A stretch of DNA of 64,000 bases. It comes from Candidatus Parcubacteria bacterium (GTDB lineage: Bacteria; Patescibacteriota; Minisyncoccia; Phycocordibacterales; JAKFXT01). The stretch spans positions 342,157 through 406,156 of the forward strand of contig JAIOOV010000004.1 in NCBI GenBank assembly GCA_021414235.1, given 5' to 3'. Below, piece after piece: positions 36,686 to 44,751 of this stretch (positions within the stretch are counted from its first letter, which is position 1; every line of letters starts with the position of its first letter). The position numbers were made by a program, and so were the translations under genes. The notes under the pieces are model-generated. The model was not told the DNA's origin, made no database searches, and saw nothing but the letters and a program-made list of their open reading frames with translations.

Positions 36686-37141
36686 ATGCGCTATTGGCTG
36701 CTCAAGACCGAACCTGACGCCTTCTCCATAGACGATCTCAAGCGAGATGGCTTCACTTCCTGGGAGGGGGTGCGCAATTACCAGGCGCGTAATTTCCTAA
36801 GGGCAATGAAGAGCGGGGATAGGGTCCTCATCCACCACTCCAGCATCGCGGAGCCTGCGGTAGTGGGGGTAGGGGAGATACAGGGGGAAGCTACGCCTGA
36901 CCCCACCCAGTTTGATAAGAAAAGTCAGTATTTTGACGCAGCCTCTAAGAAGGATACCCCTCGCTGGACGACCCGGAAGGTGGTCTATAAAGGGATTTTC
37001 AAGGTCCCCGTGAAGCTTTCCTTCATAAAGCTCCATCCAGAGCTCAAAGGGATGCTCCTGGCCCAGCAGGGCAGCCGTTTATCGGTCCAACCAGTAGAAA
37101 AGAGCCATTTTGACCTCATTGTGAAGCTCGGGAAGGGGTAG
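36686..37141 (+). CDS. EVE domain protein
   Basis: YWLLKTEP, WEGVRNYQARNF, RLSVQPV. Confidence 0.93.
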   Translation: MRYWLLKTEPDAFSIDDLKRDGFTSWEGVRNYQARNFLRAMKSGDRVLIHHSSIAEPAVVGVGEIQGEATPDPTQFDKKSQYFDAASKKDTPRWTTRKVVYKGIFKVPVKLSFIKLHPELKGMLLAQQGSRLSVQPVEKSHFDLIVKLGKG

Positions 37142-37162
37142 GTTTAGGGCTCATTGTAGGCC

Positions 37163-37191
37163 TTGACAAGTAACTCCAGAAGTTATATAAT
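37163..37191 (+). promoter_or_regulatory. Consensus sigma70 promoter
   Basis: TTGACA-17 bp-TATAAT, perfect match. Confidence 0.85.
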
Positions 37192-37294
37192 AGACAGTAT
37201 CAGGGCCTAACCGGGCCTTGGTTTTAGTTTCAGCCATACCCCTTTTGGCGGCAGTCGCCATGGAGGGCACCGGTTACTAGCTAAACTTAGGCTT

Positions 37295-37822
37295 ATACTT
37301 CCACTCATTATCGGACTCGCGCTCATGTCCTCTGGGACCTCCACGCCGATTACCGTTCAGGGCAGCACCCAGGCCGTCTCTAATAAGACCCAGGTTGCGG
37401 CCGTTGCCACGGTACTCGAGACCAAGAAGGAAAATGCTCAGCGTTCTCTTGAAGCAGTCGTTCGCGAATACTTCAGCGACACGCCGATGCTAGCTGAGGT
37501 CGCACGTTGCGAAACTCGCTTCCGTCACTATGACCGCAAGGGCGAAGTCCTGCGCGGAGAGATCGACAACAACGACGTCGGCATCATGCAGGTCAACGAA
37601 CGCTACCATTTGAAGCGCGCAGAAAAGCACGGCTTCGATATCTACTCCTTGGAAGGGAACTTGGCCTACGCCAAATACCTCTACCTGGAGGAAGGTAGCG
37701 ATCCTTGGGCAAGTTCATCGCGTTGCTGGGGAGGTTATCGCGAGAATGCGACTAAGAGCGTCGCGATCAAGTCTTCGGCTTTCGCCAAGATCTCAGTCCC
37801 CCTCGTGGATCAAAATAATTAA
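37295..37822 (+). CDS. Secreted lysozyme-like/lytic transglycosylase-like protein; start uncertain (ATA at 37295 or ATG at 37325)
   Basis: VARCETRF (catalytic Glu), DVGIMQVN, GNLAYAKYLY...PW...CW. Confidence 0.7.
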   Translation: MLPLIIGLALMSSGTSTPITVQGSTQAVSNKTQVAAVATVLETKKENAQRSLEAVVREYFSDTPMLAEVARCETRFRHYDRKGEVLRGEIDNNDVGIMQVNERYHLKRAEKHGFDIYSLEGNLAYAKYLYLEEGSDPWASSSRCWGGYRENATKSVAIKSSAFAKISVPLVDQNN

Positions 37823-37889
37823 GTCTCAGTTGAGTTTGGTAGAAAGAAATTAAAACCATCTCGACAGGGAAGAGAAAGATCTTCCAAAA

Positions 37890-37922
37890 CAGACCCGGAC
37901 GAAAGTCCGGGTCTGGTTGTTT
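37890..37922 (+). terminator. Intrinsic terminator
   Basis: CAGACCCGGAC-GAAA-GTCCGGGTCTG followed by GTTGTTT. Confidence 0.75.
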
Positions 37923-37949
37923 ACTGGTTCCCAGGCTCGGGGAAGAGAT

Positions 37950-37991
37950 TAGGGATACGTCGCACAATATATCTTTTGCGACGTATCCCTA
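37950..37991. repeat. Perfect 15-bp inverted repeat
   Basis: TAGGGATACGTCGCA-CAATATATCTTT-TGCGACGTATCCCTA. Confidence 0.9.
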
Positions 37992-38172
37992 TACAAACCT
38001 GGGTTTGGTTCCCGCTAAGCTCTGTAAGACTTCTTTCCTTGAATCGACTTTCGAGCAGATCTTTTGCTGTACCTTCTCCCTTAGTGATGATGACAAAAAA
38101 TTCCTCAGGTCTTCCCTCGACTCATGACATTAAAATTCTTCTTTCAACCAGTTTTAAAAATTCGACTTTCGA

Positions 38173-38190
38173 TAGGGGACTCTCTCCCCT
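38173..38190. repeat. 18-bp palindromic repeat, copy 1 of 3
   Basis: TAGGGGACTCTCTCCCCT. Confidence 0.95.
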
Positions 38191-38267
38191 CTTTTTCTTT
38201 AATGAAGAATGGCCGACACTGCATCGTCCCCTGTGGGTGCAGTGTCGGCCGGTTAGATAGCGACGCG

Positions 38268-38690
38268 TTAATCGCCAAGAGTCCAGAGAATGTGTACGAC
38301 GTTGCAGGAGGGCGTTGAGCACCGGAAAGCGATCAGGGGGTTGCTGAGAAGGCTCCGATTCTTGTACTCGTCCTTCGCCTTCTCAGCTTCGGCTTCCTGA
38401 TCATTCGCTGCGGCGCGCTGAAGCGGACTGTCGCAGACCCGGCAAACCGGGATCTTATCCCTGTCTACCCGCTCCAGCTGGCAATCGGCGCAATGATAGG
38501 TCACGTTCCAGCGCTCTTCGTGGTAGTTGTTGACCTGGTACGTGAAGGTCCATCGATGCGCGCACTCCTCTCGTACTTTTGCGAGTTTCTTCTGCGCGGC
38601 TACGATCTGGGTAGAAGCGTTGGTGATGATGGTGGTAGCCCGGTCGATCTCGTTGAGATAGCGCCTGGCCAGGGCTCGCGTGGTCGGCAT
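38268..38690 (-). CDS. Hypothetical coiled-coil plus Cys-rich (zinc-finger-like) protein
   Basis: CAH, CADC, CRVC, CSTPSC; SD AAGGGAGAG. Confidence 0.7.
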   Translation of the reverse strand: MPTTRALARRYLNEIDRATTIITNASTQIVAAQKKLAKVREECAHRWTFTYQVNNYHEERWNVTYHCADCQLERVDRDKIPVCRVCDSPLQRAAANDQEAEAEKAKDEYKNRSLLSNPLIAFRCSTPSCNVVHILWTLGD

Positions 38691-38784
38691 TCCAACTCTC
38701 CCTTAAGTAGTTCCGAGGAGATATTCCTGTATTTGGAGGTTTTTGTCTAGGGATTCCTAGGGTCTATCAAAAATTGGTTTTCAG

Positions 38785-38802
38785 TAGGGGACTCTCTCCC
38801 CT
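38785..38802. repeat. 18-bp palindromic repeat, copy 2 of 3
   Basis: TAGGGGACTCTCTCCCCT. Confidence 0.95.
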
Positions 38803-38835
38803 TTTTTTGTATGAAAAGAAAAAGACCGCCGTCGG

Positions 38836-39594
38836 TTAGACATTGGTCTTAGTTTCTTGCCGACGAGCGATGACAGATTCTATCTTCTTAAGAAGCTCGG
38901 GTGTGCATTCGTCTCGACGGAAAAGAAGTCGCGGCTTGGGATTTTTTTCTGTGGCAAGCGGATTCCTGAACTGGCAGATTTCGATCCATTCAGTTTGGCT
39001 GAAAGCGATTCCGAAGTATCGGTTCCAGCCGCAATCTGGATAGAGACTGAAGTCGACCGCGTCTCGGTCGTGGTCTTGATAGGCGTTCCAGGCATGAAGC
39101 ATCGGCGCATTTAAGCTTGGACCAAAGACGAGGCCTTCAACATAGGTCATTGGCGGCCAGTGCTCGTTGACTGGCTCCTGACGTCTTTGATTATGAGCGT
39201 ACATCAAGATCGTCGCGTTGAAGAAACAGCATCGGGGCTTAGGCTCAATATGCGGGCGCCTCTTCCAGCGCAAGGGTGTATAGTCGGTCCCGTAACGCTG
39301 CAAGAAGTTGAGAGCCTCTGAATGCATGAAGTCCAGGTAGTTCATGTACCACTTAAGCCGCCAGGATGGAAGCATGTTTCGAGTAGCCGGATCGCCTCGC
39401 TGGAGATTCTGAAGAAATGGAACTATCTGATGCAGGCTCTCGTCGTGTCCATTCGGGAAGTACCTCGTGAACATGCTGTCGAGGTTTTTACGCCTTTCAG
39501 TGGCCTCTGGGGTGTTGCCATGAATTTCGTCCCAATAGGTTTTTGGGGGCGGGAGACAGAACTGAGTCTGTGTCCCAGTTGGCTGATTAGCCAT
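38836..39594 (-). CDS. Hypothetical protein with a transglutaminase/papain-like Cys-His-Asp pattern
   Basis: CCFFNA...YVEG...HAWN...VDFS...YFGI; SD AAGGGAGAG. Confidence 0.65.
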   Translation of the reverse strand: MANQPTGTQTQFCLPPPKTYWDEIHGNTPEATERRKNLDSMFTRYFPNGHDESLHQIVPFLQNLQRGDPATRNMLPSWRLKWYMNYLDFMHSEALNFLQRYGTDYTPLRWKRRPHIEPKPRCCFFNATILMYAHNQRRQEPVNEHWPPMTYVEGLVFGPSLNAPMLHAWNAYQDHDRDAVDFSLYPDCGWNRYFGIAFSQTEWIEICQFRNPLATEKNPKPRLLFRRDECTPELLKKIESVIARRQETKTNV

Positions 39595-39702
39595 GAGACT
39601 CTCCCTTCGGTTTAGTCAAATAACGCTTCAAGTGGGATATTCTCTAAAATTCTTCTTTTTGTCTAGAGACTCAAGATTTGTCCCAAAAATTTTGGCCCTC
39701 AA

Positions 39703-39720
39703 TAGGGGACTCTCTCCCCT
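39703..39720. repeat. 18-bp palindromic repeat, copy 3 of 3
   Basis: TAGGGGACTCTCTCCCCT. Confidence 0.95.
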
Positions 39721-39760
39721 ATTTTGTTTTGACTACTTAATACTCTTAAACTCTTTTAAT

Positions 39761-40294
39761 TTATTTTTGAATTTTTTCTAAAACAAGCCGCAATTCCTCC
39801 TCAATCGTCATCGAAGTTGTATCCAGCACCAGATCAAAGTTCTTAGGATCAAGGAAGTTATCGATGTCGTAGTATTTTTTATAGCGGTCAGTGATAGTCT
39901 CTTCGCGGTGTCTGGTGCGCTCACGAGCTGTTTCTATGGAAATGCCTTCACGATGCGCCACGCGGGTCAGACGAACCTCTTCGTCACAGGTCATATTGAC
40001 CTTGAGTGAGTGCGGGATAAATTTCCAAGCCAAGCGGCCATCAATCACGAAGTCTTGTTCGGTCTGACCTAGCTTCTCAGTACGTTCGTCGAGTGCCCGG
40101 TCGAATTGAGGGTCATGTCTGGCAGCCTCATCGATCTCATTTATAGTCATACCACGTTCTTCGGCCATCTGACGGAGCAAGTCCCCTGCAGAATATTTCT
40201 TCCAGCCGAGCTCGTTCTGGATCGCTTTACAGAGGGCGCTTTTGCCGACGCCCGCGAGCCCGGCGATGGTGATGATTCGCTTATTCGGGTTCAT
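39761..40294 (-). CDS. cmk: Cytidylate kinase, short archaeal-type
   Basis: ITIAGLAGVGKS, SAGDLLRQMAEERGM, DGRLAW, DLVLDT. Confidence 0.8.
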   Translation of the reverse strand: MNPNKRIITIAGLAGVGKSALCKAIQNELGWKKYSAGDLLRQMAEERGMTINEIDEAARHDPQFDRALDERTEKLGQTEQDFVIDGRLAWKFIPHSLKVNMTCDEEVRLTRVAHREGISIETARERTRHREETITDRYKKYYDIDNFLDPKNFDLVLDTTSMTIEEELRLVLEKIQK

Positions 40295-40895
40295 AAAACA
40301 GATGCTTATCCTTAGTCAGACGCTCAGCTAGTTCCTCGAAGAAATCAGCCGCTACGGCGTGCCCTTTGACCTTGGGACGCTTGTTCTCGAGGGTCATATC
40401 GAGAGTGACCTCGAGGCGTTTCCAGTTGCGCCCGCCGTCGAGGTAGACGTTCATGGGAGCGATGATCTTGTCGAGGGCGTAGATGAACTTAGCTTCCTCG
40501 CTTTCCTTACTCTCGTACTCCTTGATTGCAGAGATGAATTCCGGGAAGCGGCTCCCCCATTCCTTTTCCAATCTCTCCAGTGCTTCGGATTCCCGCACAT
40601 GCTTGGTCGCTACCGTACCTGCGTTCGGACCGAAGACGGGAGTGTCTCCGGCATACACTTCAGGGAAATCGTGTACTAGAGCGAAGCGTATGGTCTTGCC
40701 TATATCGAGATCGAGCTTGGCCTTGCCGATAAGGTACCAGGCCAGCATGGCGAGCTGGTAGGAATGCTCTACATCATTCTCTTCTATATCAGACCCGCGG
40801 CAGAGGAGTGTACGCTGGACTAAGCGGAAGTCGCTGAGGAGCGCGAGGAAGTCCAGGGCATCGGGGAGAAGGTTCTTGGTGCCTGGGGGGTTCAT
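40281..40895 (-). CDS. HD-domain phosphohydrolase (YfbR-like)
   Basis: ENDVEHSY, ALVHDFPEVYAGD, YALDK. Confidence 0.88.
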   Translation of the reverse strand: MNPPGTKNLLPDALDFLALLSDFRLVQRTLLCRGSDIEENDVEHSYQLAMLAWYLIGKAKLDLDIGKTIRFALVHDFPEVYAGDTPVFGPNAGTVATKHVRESEALERLEKEWGSRFPEFISAIKEYESKESEEAKFIYALDKIIAPMNVYLDGGRNWKRLEVTLDMTLENKRPKVKGHAVAADFFEELAERLTKDKHLFYEPE

Positions 40896-40907
40896 GGCGG
40901 TATCCTA

Positions 40908-42188
40908 CTACAAATATGACATCGGATTCATATAGGCCTTGAGGTCGGCCACCGGCATCTGCACGCCGCGGCAATTGGAGGCCCCTGAGGGGTTGTAAGT
41001 GACCACACGCACGCCCTGGCTTGCGAGGACCGAGAAGTGGAGGTGGGGACCAGTAGCGTAGCCGGTAGCGCCCGTATAGCCGATGAGGGAGCCACGGGCT
41101 GCTGTCTGCCCTGCCGAGACGTTCACGAGAGAAAGATGAGCATAAAGCGTGGAGAGGCCGTTGGTATGCTCGATGAGGACCCACTTGCCGTAGGAGTAGC
41201 AACCCGGCTTGCTGTCCGTGTTCCCTGTCGCCTTCACGATGCCCGCTCCTGCGGAGAAGAGCTTGGTGCCGACGGATGCGCCCAAGTCGATGCCATTGTG
41301 ACCTTTGCCGCTGTAGGCGCCAGACATGGCGAATTCAGTATTGCCGAAGTATTGAGTGATGACCACCTTCGAGAGCGGCCAGCCGAGGATGCCCTTGCCT
41401 GCCTTAGGAACGCTCGCCGGATCGATGACGAATTTAAGCTGGGCTTCGTAGCTTGCGATTTCCTGCAAGAAAGCGTCGCGACGAGCAGTTTTCTCCGCGA
41501 GAAGCTTCTTGTACGCAGCCTCGCTGTTCTTGGTCTCTGCAAGAAGCTTGTCCTTCTCGCGTTTGTTGGCTTCCGCGAGCGCTTTCTGATCCTGGAGCTG
41601 GCGCTGGTAATCGGTGAGTTTCTTCTTCTCAGCTTCGGTGGAGCGCTTGCTCTCGGCCAGGGTATCACGCAGCTCGGTGAGGTCGTTTACGTGCCGCTTC
41701 ATCTCCTCATTCACCGTCAGGATGTTCTCCTGGTCATTCCAGAAATCTCCGAGGCTCTCATACGAGAGGAGGGCGGCTGCGGTAGAGACCTGGTCGTGCT
41801 CGTAGAGGTTGCGCAGGGCTTCCCCGAGGCCGGAGCGCTGTGTCCCGATACTCGTCTCCTTGTCTACGATCTGATCGCCGAGCGAGAGGATGGTAAGAGT
41901 GGTCGCATTGATTTTCTTCTGAGTCACGGAGATATCCGCCGCGAGCTTCTGGCGGGTGAGGTCGAGTGACTTGATGGCGTTCTGGAGAGTCTTGGCGTTC
42001 TTCTGGGTAGCGTCTATCTGCGTCTGGAACGCGGCAATCTCTTTTTCAAGATCGGCGATTTCACGATTCCTCGCTTCTATCTGTGCTCTGAGTGTCGCCG
42101 CGTCCTGGGCCTGCGCGTAAAACGGCGCCAATACGAAAAGGGCAATTAACGCTGCATATGCGAAAAAATTGGGATAGGAACGGAGCAT
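40908..42188 (-). CDS. Coiled-coil M23 peptidase (EnvC/MepM-like)
   Basis: Signal peptide, long coiled coil, HNGID, YAHL, TGPHLHF. Confidence 0.9.
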   Translation of the reverse strand: MLRSYPNFFAYAALIALFVLAPFYAQAQDAATLRAQIEARNREIADLEKEIAAFQTQIDATQKNAKTLQNAIKSLDLTRQKLAADISVTQKKINATTLTILSLGDQIVDKETSIGTQRSGLGEALRNLYEHDQVSTAAALLSYESLGDFWNDQENILTVNEEMKRHVNDLTELRDTLAESKRSTEAEKKKLTDYQRQLQDQKALAEANKREKDKLLAETKNSEAAYKKLLAEKTARRDAFLQEIASYEAQLKFVIDPASVPKAGKGILGWPLSKVVITQYFGNTEFAMSGAYSGKGHNGIDLGASVGTKLFSAGAGIVKATGNTDSKPGCYSYGKWVLIEHTNGLSTLYAHLSLVNVSAGQTAARGSLIGYTGATGYATGPHLHFSVLASQGVRVVTYNPSGASNCRGVQMPVADLKAYMNPMSYL

Positions 42189-42207
42189 CGGTTTTTCATA
42201 CTCGAAC

Positions 42208-43614
42208 TTATGCGCTCTTTAAGAGCGCTACGGCTTCCTGGAGACGACGAAGCACCTCCGTCTTTCCCAGGATATCACAGAGGGTCATGGGGTCGGGGGA
42301 GCGCTCGCGGCCGGAGAGGGCGGTGCGGAGGGGCCAGAGCACGTTCCCTCTCCCCTCTTTCTCCGCATAGGCCCAGATGGCCTCTTTGACGCCTTCCTTG
42401 GTGAATGAGCCTTCCTCGAGCTTCTCCAGGGCTCCTAGGACCCATTCCAGGTGTTTGGCGACCTTCTTGGGGGTCAGGGACTTCCCTTCCTTGGGGGTGG
42501 GGATAAGGAGCTTGGGTTCGTAGCTGGGGAGGGCAAAGAGGTAGTCGAATTCGCCTCCCTCCCACATGGCATCCAAATCCTTGAAGAGCGCGATACGATT
42601 TCTGAGTTCAGGAACCAGTTTATCGAAGCGCGCCTCATTCCAATGAGGGTTTGCGGCGATGCGGGAAGCGAGGACGGCATAGGCGTGCTTCTTGAAGGTG
42701 GTATCATCCATCCGCTTGATGTGCTCCTGGTTGATCCAGCGGAGCTTCTCCGGATCGAAGACTGCCCCTGCTTTCTGAACCTTCTCTAGGTCGAACTGCT
42801 CGATCAATTCCTGCGGAGTGAAGATCTCCTGGGTCGTGCCTGGATTCCAGCCGAGGAGAGCTAGGTAGTTGAGGAGCGCTTCCGGAAGGATACCTTCGTC
42901 GCGATAGTCGAGCGCGCTGATGGCGCCATGGCGCTTGGAGAACTTCTTCTTGTCTGGACCGAACACGAACGGGATGTGGCAGTAGATGGGGCGCTCTGCA
43001 CCAATAGCTTCCTGGATGAGGATCTGACGCGGCGTATTGTAGATACCGTCTTCACCACGGATGACGTGGGTGATGCCCATCACGGAATCATCGATGACCA
43101 CGGCGAAGTGGTAGAGCGGCTCTTCCAGAGATTTGGCGATCACGAAATCGCCGAGCTCGGTGGTGTCCACCTCAATCTCTCCGCGGACTAAATCATTGAA
43201 GACAACCTTCTTGTTCGGATTCTTGAGGCGGATGACCTCGTCGCGATGCTCGCGTTCCGAACTTTCTTCATCCTGGTCTTCCCCGCCGCCGGTCTCATAT
43301 TCTAGGTCCGCTTCTTTGGAGACGTATGCACTCCCCTCTTCTATCATCTTCTCCAGATATTTACGGTAAATGAGCGTGCGCTCCGACTGTCGGTAGATAT
43401 GGTCGAACTTGAGGCCGAGCCACTCCAGCGATTCATATGCATGATCCTCGTACTCGGGCTTGGAGCGCTTGCGATCGGTATCCTCGAAGCGGAGGATGAT
43501 CTCGCCGCCATGCTTGCGGGCGAAGAGGTAGTTGAAAAGCGCCGTACGCACGTTCCCAATATGCAAAGGTCCCGTGGGAGAAGGCGGAAAGCGAGTAATG
43601 ATTGAAGAAGCCAT
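42208..43614 (-). CDS. gltX: Glutamate--tRNA ligase
   Basis: RFPPSPTGPLHIGNVRTAL, ITHVIRGED, KFSKRHG. Confidence 0.95.
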   Translation of the reverse strand: MASSIITRFPPSPTGPLHIGNVRTALFNYLFARKHGGEIILRFEDTDRKRSKPEYEDHAYESLEWLGLKFDHIYRQSERTLIYRKYLEKMIEEGSAYVSKEADLEYETGGGEDQDEESSEREHRDEVIRLKNPNKKVVFNDLVRGEIEVDTTELGDFVIAKSLEEPLYHFAVVIDDSVMGITHVIRGEDGIYNTPRQILIQEAIGAERPIYCHIPFVFGPDKKKFSKRHGAISALDYRDEGILPEALLNYLALLGWNPGTTQEIFTPQELIEQFDLEKVQKAGAVFDPEKLRWINQEHIKRMDDTTFKKHAYAVLASRIAANPHWNEARFDKLVPELRNRIALFKDLDAMWEGGEFDYLFALPSYEPKLLIPTPKEGKSLTPKKVAKHLEWVLGALEKLEEGSFTKEGVKEAIWAYAEKEGRGNVLWPLRTALSGRERSPDPMTLCDILGKTEVLRRLQEAVALLKSA

Positions 43615-43623
43615 ATATATTTT

Positions 43624-44751
43624 TTAGCGCTCGTGCGCGAGGGCGATGTTCAGGATCTCGCGGGCGATGGTTTCGGCAGCGTCTTTCTTGGCGAATTTCG
43701 ATGCGGCTGCGCTCATGGCCGCAGCCTTCGGCGCATCCCCCAGGATGCGCTCGATCTCGGACTCGAGTATCACCGGAGTGAGGTTGCGCTGTTCGATGAT
43801 GGTAGCCGCTCCCGAGCGTCCGTAGGAGAAGGCGTTCTTGGTCTGATCGTGGCTGATGGATTCAGGTATGGGGATCACTATGGACGGCTTGCCCCAGGCG
43901 GCGATCTCAAAGAGCGTGGAGCCAGCCCTGGAGATCACCAGAGAGCAGACTCCTGCGGCCATGCGGAGCGCTAACACGTTGAGGAAGGCGTAGGGACGAT
44001 AACGATCCTTGTGAGGATGATCGTGGAGCGATCCTGCAGCGATCTGGCCGACCTCTTCGAAATTCTTCTCTCCTACTTGGTGGATGACCTGGTATTTGTT
44101 GAGGAGCCTCGGGAGCGCGTCGAGGACTGCTTCGTTGATGGCTTGAGAACCTGAAGAGCCGCCGAGGATGAGGAGGACCGGCGTGCCCTCTTCGAGCTTG
44201 AGGAATTCCCGGCCTCCCTCGTATGCAGGGGTAGCGATATCTTTGCGGATGGGGTTCCCGGTGAGCGCTACTTTTTCTTTGTCGAAGAATCGTGCGGCAT
44301 CTGGATATGAGATGGCTACGCGCTTGGCGAACTTCCCCGCCCAACGGTTCACCCTGCCTGGCTCGGAATCGGATTCGTGGATGACCACGGGGATGCCGAG
44401 GATCCTTGCTGCAAAGAGCGCCGGGAAACTTCCGTAGGCCCCTTTGCCGAAGACAACGTCGGGATAGAGCGAGAAGAGCCTCAGGACAGCCTTGAGGACG
44501 CCGAGAGAGGTCTTTACCAAGTCGAAGGCGTTCATCACTGAGAAGTAACGGCGTACGCGTCCGGCGCTTGCGGGGAGATACGTGATGCCCTGCTCAAAGA
44601 GGACCCGTTGGTCTCCCGGTTCGGGAGCCATGTAGTAGAGCTTGGGCGGCAGGAGCTTCTCCGCAGCCACGATGCGGTTAAGCGCCTCCGCGATGGCGAT
44701 TATGGGGTAGAAATGGCCGCCGGCGCCACTACCCGTGAATAGTATCTTCAT
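43624..44751 (-). CDS. murG: Lipid II GlcNAc transferase
   Basis: GSGAGGHFYP, HESD, TGNPIR, GGSSGS, SRAGST, DQTKNA. Confidence 0.95.
   Translation of the reverse strand: MKILFTGSGAGGHFYPIIAIAEALNRIVAAEKLLPPKLYYMAPEPGDQRVLFEQGITYLPASAGRVRRYFSVMNAFDLVKTSLGVLKAVLRLFSLYPDVVFGKGAYGSFPALFAARILGIPVVIHESDSEPGRVNRWAGKFAKRVAISYPDAARFFDKEKVALTGNPIRKDIATPAYEGGREFLKLEEGTPVLLILGGSSGSQAINEAVLDALPRLLNKYQVIHQVGEKNFEEVGQIAAGSLHDHPHKDRYRPYAFLNVLALRMAAGVCSLVISRAGSTLFEIAAWGKPSIVIPIPESISHDQTKNAFSYGRSGAATIIEQRNLTPVILESEIERILGDAPKAAAMSAAASKFAKKDAAETIAREILNIALAHER

Noticed and set aside
38173-39720. CRISPR array or canonical integron attC sites
   Set aside because: Repeats are 612 and 918 bp apart with whole genes between them and no cas genes. 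RYYYAAC occurs at gene ends, but I found no matching GTTRRRY arm, attC-style fold or intI.
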